A stretch of 64,000 nucleotides of DNA from Candidatus Heimdallarchaeota archaeon (GTDB lineage: Archaea > Asgardarchaeota > Heimdallarchaeia > Heimdallarchaeales > Heimdallarchaeaceae). Numbering within the stretch: position 1 is the stretch's first letter; each line of letters begins with the position of its first letter. The notes below the pieces were generated by a model that saw only the letters and a program-made list of their open reading frames with translations, did no database searches and was not told the DNA's origin. This document shows positions 40,364 to 51,477 of the stretch, piece by piece. The stretch is taken from NCBI GenBank assembly GCA_016840095.1, contig JAEOSZ010000031.1:160938-224937 (forward strand), given 5' to 3'. Position numbers and translations under genes: made by a program.

Positions 40364-42106
40364 TTATTTTTTATTATTTCTTTCTTCTTGTATTTGGAGA
40401 TATTCTCTGAGTATCTTCTTAAGAGAGTCTTGAGTAATTCTTTTATCCTCTGTTATTAAACCATCAGAAATACGAAGATGTCTGAAACCTGGTCGTAAGA
40501 GCGATAAATCATGAGAACACATGATGAATGTTGCTTCGTTATCCTTGACGAACTTCATCAAAACATCCATAATCTCTCTTGCAAGATCTGAATCCATATT
40601 TGCTGTTGGTTCATCTGCTAGGAGAATCGGTGTCTTTCTTGTAAGAGCTAAGGATAAGGTTGCTCTCTGTTTTTCACCAGCTGATAATTCATCTGGATAG
40701 GAAGCCAATTTGTGGCTAATATGAACATTTTTAGTAACTTCGTTTCCTATATCTGGATTATAGTTTTTACCAAGAAATAGATAAGGAACTAATAGATTGT
40801 CTTTTAGCTGAATTGGTTCGAACAAACTATGGTATTGGGTGATATAAGCAATATTAGCTAGTCTGAAATCAGACCTACCAGTATCATCTGCTGCACCTAT
40901 GGAGAAATCATCTATATGGATTGATCCCTTGTCAGGTCGTAATAATCCTGCAATAGTATTGAGTAAGGTTGTTTTTCCAACTCCAGATGGACCAGAGATA
41001 AAAACAAAATCTCCTTTCTTAATTGTAAGATCTATTCCTTTGATTACAGGATGAAGTTTTCCGAAAATTTGATACCCTTTTTCTAATCCTTTAACTTTGA
41101 TATAGTCATTAGCTTTGGCATTATATTTGAACTCATTCTCAAACAGATATCGAACATCATCAAAAGAAAGTTCATCCACTTTCTCTGAATATTCATCAGG
41201 AGGTTGCTGAAGAATTTTGAAGACTTCTTCTTTTGAGACTAAATCTGGATTCCAAAGCATAGCTAGTTTTTTCGAAGGATGAACCTCAAATTCAGCAAAT
41301 TCTCGAAGTGCAATGGAATTTTTGATTCTATCTGGTATTTGTAGCATATGAGAAGGATCAATATAAGCTCTATTCAGTTCAGATGCATCCTTGAGAATGT
41401 CAAGTTGCTGTCTGTCTGCTTCATAGCCTACACCTACTAGCCTACCATCTCGAATGAGAAAGCTCTTTTCGAATACATTTCGATATCTTACATCATGGGT
41501 TACTATCACCATAGTTGTTCCAAGTTCTTTGTTGACTCCTTTGAGAGTATCAATAATGTTGAAAGTATTAGCTGAATCAAGTTGTCCAGTAGGTTCGTCT
41601 GCCAAGATGAAATGAGGTTGTCTAGCAAGAGCAATAGCAATAGAGAGTCTCATTGATTCTCCACCACTTATTTTTGCTGCTTTATTGTTCTTAACATGAG
41701 TTAGATTGAATAACTCAAGTAATTCATCCATTTCTTTTCTAGCCATCTCTCTAGGAGTATATTTCATTTTCATAGGAAGTAGAACGTTATCTTTTACTGT
41801 TAACTGAGAGTAAAGATTCTTACTGGTGAATTGATTTACAAGACCAATATTCTCGTATCGGAATTGTCTTCTTTCTTTTTCAGTTAGTAAATCCATCTGA
41901 ACTCCTTTAATCATCACAAGACCACCAGTAGCAGTATCCACTCCTGATAGTATGTTAATTAAAGTGGTTTTTCCTGCACCAGAAGGGCCTATAATTGAGA
42001 CAAGTTCTCCATCCCCTATGTCTAAATCAAGTCCTCTAAGTGCTGATACTTTATATTCAGTTACCGGATCGTGGTAAATTTTTATTACATCTACACATCT
42101 TATCAT
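40364..42106 (-). CDS. Tandem double-NBD ABC ATPase, paralog of 25547-27301
   Basis: GPSGAGKT / GPSGVGKT, ISGGE / LSAGE; shares VTHD.RYRNVFEKSF and SHDL.LLRPGFRH with the paralog. Confidence 0.9.
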   Translation of the reverse strand: MIRCVDVIKIYHDPVTEYKVSALRGLDLDIGDGELVSIIGPSGAGKTTLINILSGVDTATGGLVMIKGVQMDLLTEKERRQFRYENIGLVNQFTSKNLYSQLTVKDNVLLPMKMKYTPREMARKEMDELLELFNLTHVKNNKAAKISGGESMRLSIAIALARQPHFILADEPTGQLDSANTFNIIDTLKGVNKELGTTMVIVTHDVRYRNVFEKSFLIRDGRLVGVGYEADRQQLDILKDASELNRAYIDPSHMLQIPDRIKNSIALREFAEFEVHPSKKLAMLWNPDLVSKEEVFKILQQPPDEYSEKVDELSFDDVRYLFENEFKYNAKANDYIKVKGLEKGYQIFGKLHPVIKGIDLTIKKGDFVFISGPSGVGKTTLLNTIAGLLRPDKGSIHIDDFSIGAADDTGRSDFRLANIAYITQYHSLFEPIQLKDNLLVPYLFLGKNYNPDIGNEVTKNVHISHKLASYPDELSAGEKQRATLSLALTRKTPILLADEPTANMDSDLAREIMDVLMKFVKDNEATFIMCSHDLSLLRPGFRHLRISDGLITEDKRITQDSLKKILREYLQIQEERNNKK

Positions 42107-42113
42107 TTTATCT

Positions 42114-45100
42114 CTACTCCAGATTCCTTGGCATATACTTTGCGTAATTTCTTTTCATCGACAAATAGAATATTCCCAGAAATAGTACCGGTGCAATTAC
42201 AAATCCAATAATAAACGCAAGAGCGTTAAATTTCCATAGATAATTTATTCCACTATAGAAGAATTTGTTTGTTGCCCAAGTGAATCCCCACAATATTGCG
42301 AATCCTACCCCTGAGCCCAGTAATAGACCAGGTAATACTCCTGTTAATGCCGTTTCAACCATTGTCATCCTTATGATTCTTTTTGTTGAAATCCCCATTT
42401 TCTTAAGCCTATCATTCTTTGTAATTCTTTGCTGTAATATTTTAATTGGGTTGCTTATACTTACAAATGCTATTGCAATCAAACAAACGAGTATTGAAAG
42501 AGCGAACTCTGCAGATACTATACTAAAGAATGGGAATGTTTCGAAAATTCTCTCTTCACTATCGGTTATTGCTGAATCAATGTTCAATCCCATTGTTTCA
42601 TCTAGATAATTAGCAATCTGGTCATGATCAGCGTTTTTTGATAGCCTTATAAGTAATCTATCCTTAATTTTATCACTTGCTACTGTCATAGTATCTCTGA
42701 TTAAATCAAAATTAGCATCTGTCATCAATAGTCCTGCTATTCTTACAGTTACTCCAGGAATGTATTCCCCTGCAGTATAAAATACTGGAATATAGTTGAA
42801 AAAACCATTGATTTCAAATGTTATTTCTGCTGGTGGGAATAAATCTTCAAATAAGTATTCATATTCTCCTTCTGCTCTATCATCAAAGAAGTATTTAGTA
42901 GCTAACATAGTATTATTATCTTCTAAAGCTCTTATTGAATCCTCCCAGTCAGTAAACAATCTGCTAGGTGGTTTATAGACTGTATTCAGGAATTCCGTTA
43001 CATTATTTATCAAATACACTGAAAGCGGATCAAAATTATAGATACATTCTGCCTCATGAATAAAGGTTGTGCTTTCAACTCCAGGTAGATCTTGAATTTC
43101 TGCAAGTAAGGATTGATTTACATCCATCCAATTTTTCACAAATATGTCAGCTCCATTATACATGTAAGCATCCTTAACATAGTTGTATTCTACCGTTATT
43201 GGTGCCATGATGGATGGAATCGTTATTCCAACAATCAACAGAAATGCAAAGAAAATATTACTGAATAATTTGATATCTGATCGGACTTCAACTAAGGTAA
43301 ACGATCCAATAGTTTTTCTTCGATTCCACGTGATCTTGCTCAGAGCAATAATAAGTATTCCATGCAAATCTTTTAACAATAATCCTATTCCTAATAGAGC
43401 AAAGAGAACGCCCAAACCTGCTAGATAGATGTTAATCATTAGAAATGATGCATTACCAGATGAGGGTAGATTTCTCAAATTTGCTTTGTATAAGCTGAAG
43501 AAAAGAATCGTAATTCCAACACCTGCGCCAATCAAAATTATTGTTGGAAGTCTAATTTGCTTCAATAGTGTAACAAGTCTTTGAGGGGTTTTTTGGAAAG
43601 TAGTTTTCTTTGTTGAAACTTGTACTATTTTTGGAATAGAAATGAGGACTAAAGCTGTAATAGTAAATAATGTAGCCCATCCTAAACCACTAAAATTCAA
43701 TACTTGATTCTGCTGGTTAAAGGTAAGAAATGAATCAACTTTCAATAATGGAGGTACTAGAACAAATGACAATCCAAAACCTACAAATGATGCAAGTATC
43801 GCTTCAAATATTTTTAGAAGTATATAATTAAACGCTATTCGACTCGAAGACAACCCTTTCGTCTGGAATATTTCAATCTCTTGCTCAAGTCCTTTGGAAT
43901 ATAGATCATTTGTTTCAAAGATGAGGAATATCGCCAAATAGAGAATTGGAACAGCTAGCATAAAGAATAGTAACGTTGAAGACTGAATTCGAGGTTCTAA
44001 AATCTCAATAATATCTTCTAGTTCAGCATAGAAATACCAATAACCATTACTCATCTCTCCTGTGAATTCAAAGAAATGAGCATTTCCATCTTCTAATTCT
44101 TCAATATCATCTTTTAATTGAGTAAGCATTTCAGGTTTAAAATCACTGAAATCATAATAGAGTTGAACATAACTGTTTACAAACATATAATAAGGATTTA
44201 AATCTTCTAGATTTGCCCAAGCATTGTCACCAAATGAAACCATCCCCCCGAAAATGTTAACTAAAGCTTGCGAAGAATCCATAGGTAGATCATAATCTGT
44301 CCATATTCTTTCTAACTCAGAAGGTGCTGGAGCGTCAAATAATCCTGTAATTGTTAGATTTACATGACTATCTCCAAGTTCTGAATTATAGTAGTTAATT
44401 TGAGATCCCCAGAATGTTATTGTATCATTTACTGTAACATTTAAGCTAATTGCAGTTGCAATATCATACTCTAAAATCACTTCACCTGGTGCTTCTGGTA
44501 ATCTTCCTTCAACAATAAATTCATTCATGAAATCGCTGTAATTATTGGATAATGCAATGTAGGTTATTCCTCTGAGTGAGCTTGTATTTGTAGTCATATC
44601 TTCTATCATACCATAGAATGCTGTAGAGTATTCATAACCACTAACAATGCTCGCAAACACTTCTTGCTCTAATTTGAGACTTGTGAAAATTTCACTAAGA
44701 GCAACTTTCTCATATTGCTGTACAGCTGGAATACTAACATACTGATTAGCAGTATCATAATTATATACTAGCTTGATGCTTTCATGTCCGTCATTGAGTA
44801 TATCGAGAGTATCTGCATACTCATTAAACAGTACTTCTCTTTTTGAACTATAAAGAGCTGTACTAGTAAGAATGATTAATGCTAGCACTGTCATACTGAT
44901 TAAGTTCATCAAATGTCTTTTTTTGTTCGTTTTAAATAGATCAAAAAGTGAGGATGTGAAATTTGCAATAAATACCCAGAAATTAATGAAAGGCAAGAAA
45001 ATTTTGCTTTTATCTTCATAAATAGGTCTGATCAGATAACGTTTTATTGAAACAAGTCCAGCTTTAACTTTCCTTCTAAATAGCATTACTACAAGAGATA

Positions 45101-46454
45101 CTATTCCTACAGCAATCACAATATAAATACCAGCGGATTTCCAGAAAACCTGAAAAGTATTAAGCTCTTGTACTCCTAAAAATCCAAGTTTTTTGAAATC
45201 ACCCAAATCATAATCTGTTGAAATATAAAATGCTATCATATCTTCTTTGGAGAAACTTCTTTTATCAAAATCATCAGTACTCACTAGTGATGTATGAGTG
45301 AATATTCTACTTCCATTAGTTGTTTCATAGAAGTAAAAGGAGTGATAATTATCCTTGTATGGAACATTGTATATGAAAAATTCTTCTTGTGTAACATTGG
45401 AATAATCATTAGTAATTATCGCCACTTTGGATTTAAGATTATCTCCAGAAAAGAACTCTTCTGTATCAATATGAGGTTCAGAATTAATCACGTATTTTGT
45501 ATGATTTTCTTCTTGAACAACATAAAAATCACTGTATGGAAAGACACCTGTATAAGTAATATTGAAATCAGAAAATTCTATAGTTTGATTAATGGAATAT
45601 TTTAAGCTGTAGATTTTATCCCCTCTAGCCATAGCTAGACTAAAATTACCATCATTTGTTAAGCTGAATTTAGTGTCAAATCCTCCTTCATTTAGGATCA
45701 TTGAATTAGAAACATATGAATCATTGAATCCTTTGGAAACAATTGTTCCATGCCAATGGATATAGGTATATTGAGGAGTATAAATATAATGACTATATAC
45801 TTTATTATCTTGATAATGGAAATCAATTAAGAAATCAAACTCTGCATCAAGTATATATTGATTCTCAAGAACAAAGCTTCCATTTCCATAAAATCTTAGC
45901 ATTTCAAATTTAGTGACAGCAAGTTCAGAAACTGGAGGCCAATTCTGAATGTAAGCTAAAACCATAAGGAAGGTATTATTTGCCTCATAGTAGATTTTCA
46001 TTTTTGGATAGTTCATATTTGCGTTGTAAGCATAGAATTCTTCATCAACTGGACCAGTTGTTACTGTCCAATTGTATTTGTGAATCTTCATTAATCCAAA
46101 AAATGTATGAAATGCATAAAATAATTCTATTCCATTTTCTATGTTAAAGACTCTGAAGTATTCCGTATTATACTCCTCTATTTTTACAATGTTTAGTTCA
46201 TCATTTACTTTGTGAATTATCATGAATGTATTGTTTTCGTAAACTATACGGGCTAGAAAGTGGAAATTACCCAAATCATCAACAATAGATTTGGATTCTA
46301 TACTTTCTTCATTTCCTGTTCTATTGATAAGTAAGAATAGTTCATCATCAATAACTTCTTGTGCATTTACCTTTAGTTGCAAACTTAGCGAAACTGTAGA
46401 AGTGACAAAAAGGACAATAATTAAGGTTAAAAACAGTGATTTTTTTCTTCTCAT
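42114..46454 (-). CDS. Giant (1446 aa) two-module FtsX-like permease, paralog of 21235-25539
   Basis: Same architecture; shares LVE.RSDIKLF, SNP.KILQ.RI.K and the C-terminal AKY.P.NLE. Confidence 0.85.
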   Translation of the reverse strand: MRRKKSLFLTLIIVLFVTSTVSLSLQLKVNAQEVIDDELFLLINRTGNEESIESKSIVDDLGNFHFLARIVYENNTFMIIHKVNDELNIVKIEEYNTEYFRVFNIENGIELFYAFHTFFGLMKIHKYNWTVTTGPVDEEFYAYNANMNYPKMKIYYEANNTFLMVLAYIQNWPPVSELAVTKFEMLRFYGNGSFVLENQYILDAEFDFLIDFHYQDNKVYSHYIYTPQYTYIHWHGTIVSKGFNDSYVSNSMILNEGGFDTKFSLTNDGNFSLAMARGDKIYSLKYSINQTIEFSDFNITYTGVFPYSDFYVVQEENHTKYVINSEPHIDTEEFFSGDNLKSKVAIITNDYSNVTQEEFFIYNVPYKDNYHSFYFYETTNGSRIFTHTSLVSTDDFDKRSFSKEDMIAFYISTDYDLGDFKKLGFLGVQELNTFQVFWKSAGIYIVIAVGIVSLVVMLFRRKVKAGLVSIKRYLIRPIYEDKSKIFLPFINFWVFIANFTSSLFDLFKTNKKRHLMNLISMTVLALIILTSTALYSSKREVLFNEYADTLDILNDGHESIKLVYNYDTANQYVSIPAVQQYEKVALSEIFTSLKLEQEVFASIVSGYEYSTAFYGMIEDMTTNTSSLRGITYIALSNNYSDFMNEFIVEGRLPEAPGEVILEYDIATAISLNVTVNDTITFWGSQINYYNSELGDSHVNLTITGLFDAPAPSELERIWTDYDLPMDSSQALVNIFGGMVSFGDNAWANLEDLNPYYMFVNSYVQLYYDFSDFKPEMLTQLKDDIEELEDGNAHFFEFTGEMSNGYWYFYAELEDIIEILEPRIQSSTLLFFMLAVPILYLAIFLIFETNDLYSKGLEQEIEIFQTKGLSSSRIAFNYILLKIFEAILASFVGFGLSFVLVPPLLKVDSFLTFNQQNQVLNFSGLGWATLFTITALVLISIPKIVQVSTKKTTFQKTPQRLVTLLKQIRLPTIILIGAGVGITILFFSLYKANLRNLPSSGNASFLMINIYLAGLGVLFALLGIGLLLKDLHGILIIALSKITWNRRKTIGSFTLVEVRSDIKLFSNIFFAFLLIVGITIPSIMAPITVEYNYVKDAYMYNGADIFVKNWMDVNQSLLAEIQDLPGVESTTFIHEAECIYNFDPLSVYLINNVTEFLNTVYKPPSRLFTDWEDSIRALEDNNTMLATKYFFDDRAEGEYEYLFEDLFPPAEITFEINGFFNYIPVFYTAGEYIPGVTVRIAGLLMTDANFDLIRDTMTVASDKIKDRLLIRLSKNADHDQIANYLDETMGLNIDSAITDSEERIFETFPFFSIVSAEFALSILVCLIAIAFVSISNPIKILQQRITKNDRLKKMGISTKRIIRMTMVETALTGVLPGLLLGSGVGFAILWGFTWATNKFFYSGINYLWKFNALAFIIGFVIAPVLFLGIFYLSMKRNYAKYMPRNLE

Positions 46455-46626
46455 TACACATCATCCAAGATTTATACCTTTATAATTTTATTGCTAAACA
46501 GTTAGTAAGCAGCCAATTAATACTTTTTTGAACTGTATTCGCAAAGACAAAGAATATTGCTCATATTTATTTATTTCTCACAACATTTTGAAAACTTTAA
46601 ATAGTAAAGCAAGTTGACTGAACAAG

Positions 46627-47448
46627 ATGAACAATCCTGTAGATTCAAATAAGGAAGATATTGTTACAACTGACGTTGAAGTAGAAAAAGACTACCTCAC
46701 ACCCGCTGGGAGGAAAAAGGTTGTTTGGTCCAAAAAACGCATTATCTTTGTAGCATTGTTTGTCTTACTAGTTTTAGTCTCAGTTGCTGTATTAATAATG
46801 ATTATTATCGATAAAACTTTTCTCTACAATATCGTAAATGATTACTTCGTAGCTCCTCTTGCAACAATGGGTAACTGGTCTATTTTCCTCTTTCTAGGAT
46901 TGATGATTGTTCAGAGTTTGATAGTTCCTATTCCTTCTGAATTAATTCTGCTAAGTGGTGGATTGTTGTATGGATTCTGGATAGGATTAACAGTTGGTGT
47001 AATTGGTTCAGTTTTAAGTGGAGTAGTTACATTCTATTTAGCAAACAAAGGTGGAAGACCTATTCTAGAAGTTACAGGAGACCATGTTGGATTTATAGAT
47101 AAGTTTGTTCTAGCAATGGACAAATGGATAGAGAAGTGGGGGATCTGGGCAATAATTGCTGGAAGAGCTGTTCCTGTAGTAATGTTTGATCCTATATCTT
47201 ATGCTGCAGGAATTTCTGATATAAAATGGAAGCCATATACTCTTGCAACCTTTATTGGTTCCATTCCTCGATCAGCTTTTTATTCATGGCTTGGTGCACA
47301 AGCTATTGTTGCTCCTGAATGGATAAACACAATATTCTATGTGATATTTGGTGTTTTAATCCTAATGATGATTATTGCTTCTATTATTGGTAATAGAATA
47401 CAGAAAAAAACAGAATTAACTAAAAACCATGAATCTGAAGAAGTATAG
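46627..47448 (+). CDS. DedA / VTT (TVP38/TMEM64, SNARE-associated) membrane protein
   Basis: PIPSE...GG..G, GR..P...FD.ISYAAG, F.G..PR. Confidence 0.9.
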   Translation: MNNPVDSNKEDIVTTDVEVEKDYLTPAGRKKVVWSKKRIIFVALFVLLVLVSVAVLIMIIIDKTFLYNIVNDYFVAPLATMGNWSIFLFLGLMIVQSLIVPIPSELILLSGGLLYGFWIGLTVGVIGSVLSGVVTFYLANKGGRPILEVTGDHVGFIDKFVLAMDKWIEKWGIWAIIAGRAVPVVMFDPISYAAGISDIKWKPYTLATFIGSIPRSAFYSWLGAQAIVAPEWINTIFYVIFGVLILMMIIASIIGNRIQKKTELTKNHESEEV

Positions 47449-47449
47449 A

Positions 47450-48439
47450 TTAATATCCTTCATCTAGATTTACTATATTTCTAAGTTCTAATCCCCTGAT
47501 GAAATTATTTATGTTAGGTATGGCAGAATTTATGAAATGTCCTCTGGGAAAGTCAGTGTTCCAAGCACGATGAGCGCTCATTATAATATTATCAAGTTCT
47601 TGAAATGGAAATTCTGAAGGAAAACAAGGAGAAGGTTCTTGATCATCAGTTCCACGGCTCTGTGGGTAATTATACCAGACATCTATTGCTGCAGCTTTGA
47701 TTAGATTATTTTTTAGTGCTTTATACATTGCTTCTGCATTAATTGTCATCCCTCTTCCAACATTAACTACTATTGTTGAAGGCTTCATTAGAGCAAATTC
47801 TTTCTCATCTAGAAAATTCTCTGTATTTTGAGTTCCAGGTAAACTATTGAAAATGAAATCTGCTTGTTTAATGGCATCTAGCTTATCATCTGGTGAATAA
47901 AATTCGACATCTTCTACTGAAGAATCTTTAGTTCTTTTAATTGCCAGATATCTCATATTGAATGGTTCACACATTTTCTTGAAATGCTTAGCAATCTCAC
48001 CATAACCAATGAATAAGATTGTTTTATTGAATAGAGTTACTGATTGATACTTTCTATGATTCCAACTTCCTTCTCTCAATAATTTATCATTTCGATCAAG
48101 CTCTTTTGAAGCTGAATGTAACATTGAAAACCCATGTTCTGCAATTATGGGCGCGTGGGAGTGATTATTGCAGAGGATTATATTGTTATCTTTATAGAAA
48201 TTGAGATTGTGTCTGTTTAATCCTGTTCCTAGAATCTGGTGAAATTTTAGCTGCTCAACCAGAGCAAGCTGCTCATCAGTTAATCTCCCACCAATTATAA
48301 TATCAGCAGTCTGTAGAGCTTTCTTTTTATCTTCTTCATCTAAGTCTGAATAGTAAGTGAGTAAGGCAGCAGAGTCAACTTTCTCTTCTGCATATTTTCT
48401 CTCTTCATCCTGTAAATTTGACATTAAAAGAACGTTCAT
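47450..48439 (-). CDS. D-isomer-specific 2-hydroxyacid dehydrogenase
   Basis: IGYGEIA, VNVGRG, AAIDVW, MSAH. Confidence 0.92.
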   Translation of the reverse strand: MNVLLMSNLQDEERKYAEEKVDSAALLTYYSDLDEEDKKKALQTADIIIGGRLTDEQLALVEQLKFHQILGTGLNRHNLNFYKDNNIILCNNHSHAPIIAEHGFSMLHSASKELDRNDKLLREGSWNHRKYQSVTLFNKTILFIGYGEIAKHFKKMCEPFNMRYLAIKRTKDSSVEDVEFYSPDDKLDAIKQADFIFNSLPGTQNTENFLDEKEFALMKPSTIVVNVGRGMTINAEAMYKALKNNLIKAAAIDVWYNYPQSRGTDDQEPSPCFPSEFPFQELDNIIMSAHRAWNTDFPRGHFINSAIPNINNFIRGLELRNIVNLDEGY

Positions 48440-48557
48440 CTTAACTTTTCCAAGTCCAACTATAATAAAGATTTTTTGGAATGGGAGTTAAGAATACTGA
48501 TTCTTTTAAAAGTAAAATAAAGTTCAAATACTCAAAAAACAAAAGTACATTGCTACT

Positions 48558-50192
48558 ATGAGTGACCAAGAAGATTCTTCAGATATTGATGCTTTAATTA
48601 AGCAATTGAAGTATAGTTCCATACCTCTACAGAGAGAAAGAGCTGCATATATCTTGAGCAATTATCGTTACTCTAAAGTTTTAGAAGCTCTTCTTAATTC
48701 GCAATTGAATGATCTTAATCCCAAAGTAAGAGATGCTGCTTCTCGAGCACTAGCCTCCCTCATCACTTCAGAAGAAACTGAAAGTGAGATCGTTGATGGT
48801 TTAAGTGGCGAGACAGTGGATTATGAGACTAAAATTGATAATCAATTGTTTAACTTAACCAAGGAATTTGAGATTATCAGAAAAGGTATGAGGAAAATTA
48901 AGTTTAACTGGAAAGATTCTGTTGAGCTTAAGCAGCTTTTTACTGCTGTTGAGAGAGATAGATTTTTGCAAAAACAACCCAATGTCAAGGGTTTGATTAA
49001 CTCCATTTTACTGTTGCCAATTGATGACCCTGATATGGGGAGAGATGTCGCTATAGCAATGGTAGAAATACTTAGAATGAGCTCAGAAGAATCTGAAAGA
49101 TTGAATGCTATAGGGTGCCTAAATAATATTATAACAAATATAGACAAATATACTCCTTACTTTGGAATTGCAGAAGCTTATATTATGATATTCAAGGCAT
49201 CTGAAGATTTTGAGATGAGAATTCCTGCCTTCAAGAGTTTAGAAGAAATCATTATCAGAAAAAGAACCCTTGCAAGATTGAATCAATATACAAACGATAT
49301 CGTTAAACTTCTCAAGTTTTCCTATGATCAAAAGATTAGAGAAACTGCATTGAAAACTTATCCAGATCTAGTAATGACTAGAGAAGAAAAAATACCTTAT
49401 CTGATTGATCTAATAATAGGCATTGTTCGAGCAACTTATGAAGATAAGCTTCGAGAAATGGGTTTAAAAGCATTAGAATCAATCATCAACAAGAATTACT
49501 TGAATGAGGAAAATGTTCAGAGGATAGTAAAGATACTTAAATCTCATCATAAGAAGAATGTCAGAATAAGAGCGATTGAATTATTTACACAGATAATTAA
49601 TCAAGCTCCAGCAGATATTTTCAATTCAGCTTCAAGTGTTTTGATGAATATAGTTCTTAAAACAAAGGAAGAAAATATATGTTATACAGCATTGCAAAAT
49701 GTCGAAAAGTTTTCCTTTATGAATCTTGATTCTGATTTGACAAACATCATCCTTAGAACAGTTGGAGAAATAACTCTCAAATCCTATCATCCTTTTGTAG
49801 CATTCCGAGCATATAATATAATTGAGAGTGTTATTCTTAACAATCCAGAAAGTTTCTCCATAGACTTTGCAAGTATATTCATTGAGTGTCTGAAATTACA
49901 CAAAGATATTGGTGTAACAGAACAAGTACTACTAACCTTTTCTGAATTAATTGTTGCAAGAAATTTAATACCAAGTGATGTTAAGCAATTCATCAAAACT
50001 TTACTCTATTTATCAGCTGATCCAGAAATACTTGAAGGTGTAGTTAGTATTTTCAAAGAATTAATGATAGCTGATGAGAATGTTTTACCTGAAAAAGTGA
50101 TTAACAAAATAATGGAAATAGTTAGTAAAACGTTAGTTAAAGACGATATTTTCTTACTTTTAACAGAACTAGAAGTTCATGAGTTTGTTTAG
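48558..50192 (+). CDS. HEAT-repeat (alpha-solenoid) protein
   Basis: QRERAAYIL / KVRDAASRAL HEAT pairs and recurring ~40-aa IR..A...L helical repeats. Confidence 0.75.
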   Translation: MSDQEDSSDIDALIKQLKYSSIPLQRERAAYILSNYRYSKVLEALLNSQLNDLNPKVRDAASRALASLITSEETESEIVDGLSGETVDYETKIDNQLFNLTKEFEIIRKGMRKIKFNWKDSVELKQLFTAVERDRFLQKQPNVKGLINSILLLPIDDPDMGRDVAIAMVEILRMSSEESERLNAIGCLNNIITNIDKYTPYFGIAEAYIMIFKASEDFEMRIPAFKSLEEIIIRKRTLARLNQYTNDIVKLLKFSYDQKIRETALKTYPDLVMTREEKIPYLIDLIIGIVRATYEDKLREMGLKALESIINKNYLNEENVQRIVKILKSHHKKNVRIRAIELFTQIINQAPADIFNSASSVLMNIVLKTKEENICYTALQNVEKFSFMNLDSDLTNIILRTVGEITLKSYHPFVAFRAYNIIESVILNNPESFSIDFASIFIECLKLHKDIGVTEQVLLTFSELIVARNLIPSDVKQFIKTLLYLSADPEILEGVVSIFKELMIADENVLPEKVINKIMEIVSKTLVKDDIFLLLTELEVHEFV

Positions 50193-50194
50193 TT

Positions 50195-51016
50195 TCAAAC
50201 ATAGAATAGAAACTGGGAGAAAATCAGTAAACCAATAATAACCGCCATCTGCCATAGGTTCATTTCAAATTTGCGAATAACATCCCGGAAGAGAAATGGT
50301 GCAATGACAGAAAATAGTAAAAAGAATGTTCCTGGGAAGTACAGATAAACTACATGATCTCTGTAGGGTATTGAATTGTTATACATTAATCCAAAGAAAA
50401 CGGTTATTGTGATGAAATCGACAATAGCATAGATGAGAAATGGTAATCTGATTTTTTTATGTACATCCATCTTATAAGCTAAGAAAATTATCGGAATATA
50501 GAAGAAGAATATGTCAGTGTAGAAATCAGTTGTTTGTAGAAGTTTTAGTTTGAACATGTCTTTGAGAGCAAATTCATTGAAACTTTCAAATGGGACTATA
50601 GGAAAACCAAGCTCTAATCTACTAGGCCATAAGAAATAAACAGAATCAATGTAAAGCATATCCAGAAAGATATGTGAAGCTAAACCAAGGAATAATCCAA
50701 GAGCAAAACCTATTGAATCAAACTCGAATTTTTTCTTGACTGATGGAATCATTCCAATTAAGAAAATTAGTAAAGGAATACCTGCTAAAAATATCAAACT
50801 GTGAGTAAAAGATCTGTGAATGGCTTCCACAGCTGCTTCTGCTTGAATGATTGCTTCAGCAGTTCCTCTGCTCCTAATTATTAGATAAGTTATTGCTGCA
50901 ACAACAATATCAATATCAGGTAGTATTGCGCCAACAACTGCACCTAATTTATACTCTTTTCTCTTGTTCAAACTAGCGAGAAGTAAGCCAGTGAGAAGAT
51001 GTATTCCGCCTTGCAC
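50195..51016 (-). CDS. Membrane-bound metal-dependent hydrolase (YdjM-like)
   Basis: N-terminal H, PDID, HRSFTHS, SHIFLD. Confidence 0.85.
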   Translation of the reverse strand: MQGGIHLLTGLLLASLNKRKEYKLGAVVGAILPDIDIVVAAITYLIIRSRGTAEAIIQAEAAVEAIHRSFTHSLIFLAGIPLLIFLIGMIPSVKKKFEFDSIGFALGLFLGLASHIFLDMLYIDSVYFLWPSRLELGFPIVPFESFNEFALKDMFKLKLLQTTDFYTDIFFFYIPIIFLAYKMDVHKKIRLPFLIYAIVDFITITVFFGLMYNNSIPYRDHVVYLYFPGTFFLLFSVIAPFLFRDVIRKFEMNLWQMAVIIGLLIFSQFLFYV

Positions 51017-51069
51017 AAAACAATGAATGAAACACCAATTATATAATGTTTATGAAAAAACAATAAGAT

Positions 51070-51366
51070 TTAGGAAGCTCTTATCTTTTCTACACATTTG
51101 CTTACATTTTCTAGTACAACTATAGCTTCATCTTCACTCAAATCTCCATGAATAAAAGCTCTACAAGAAGGAAAAATAGAAAGCTTGTTTCCTTTATCTT
51201 CATCTTGAAGAACAAGCATCACACGCGTTTCTCTAAGAAGCTTATAGGATTTTAAATTAGAAAGTAATTCGTCTTTCAGTTCCACTAAAGAGATATTGTG
51301 AAATTCTTCAGGTATACCCTCGTATCCTTTCTTTTTCTTACAAGGTGAAACTGTATGATAAATCAT
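51070..51366 (-). CDS. Small hypothetical protein resembling the MoeB/ThiF C-terminal accessory domain
   Basis: PC....YE.IP and SIF..RA.IHG...EA pattern; family assignment tentative. Confidence 0.55.
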   Translation of the reverse strand: MIYHTVSPCKKKKGYEGIPEEFHNISLVELKDELLSNLKSYKLLRETRVMLVLQDEDKGNKLSIFPSCRAFIHGDLSEDEAIVVLENVSKCVEKIRAS

Positions 51367-51477
51367 CTAAATTAAAAGAAAAATAGGGAATTATTTAAGT
51401 TTCGTATTAATGATTTTTATTTAGAGTTTTCTCCCTTCTTCTTTTTCTTCTTTGAATTTTATATGATATGAATATAA

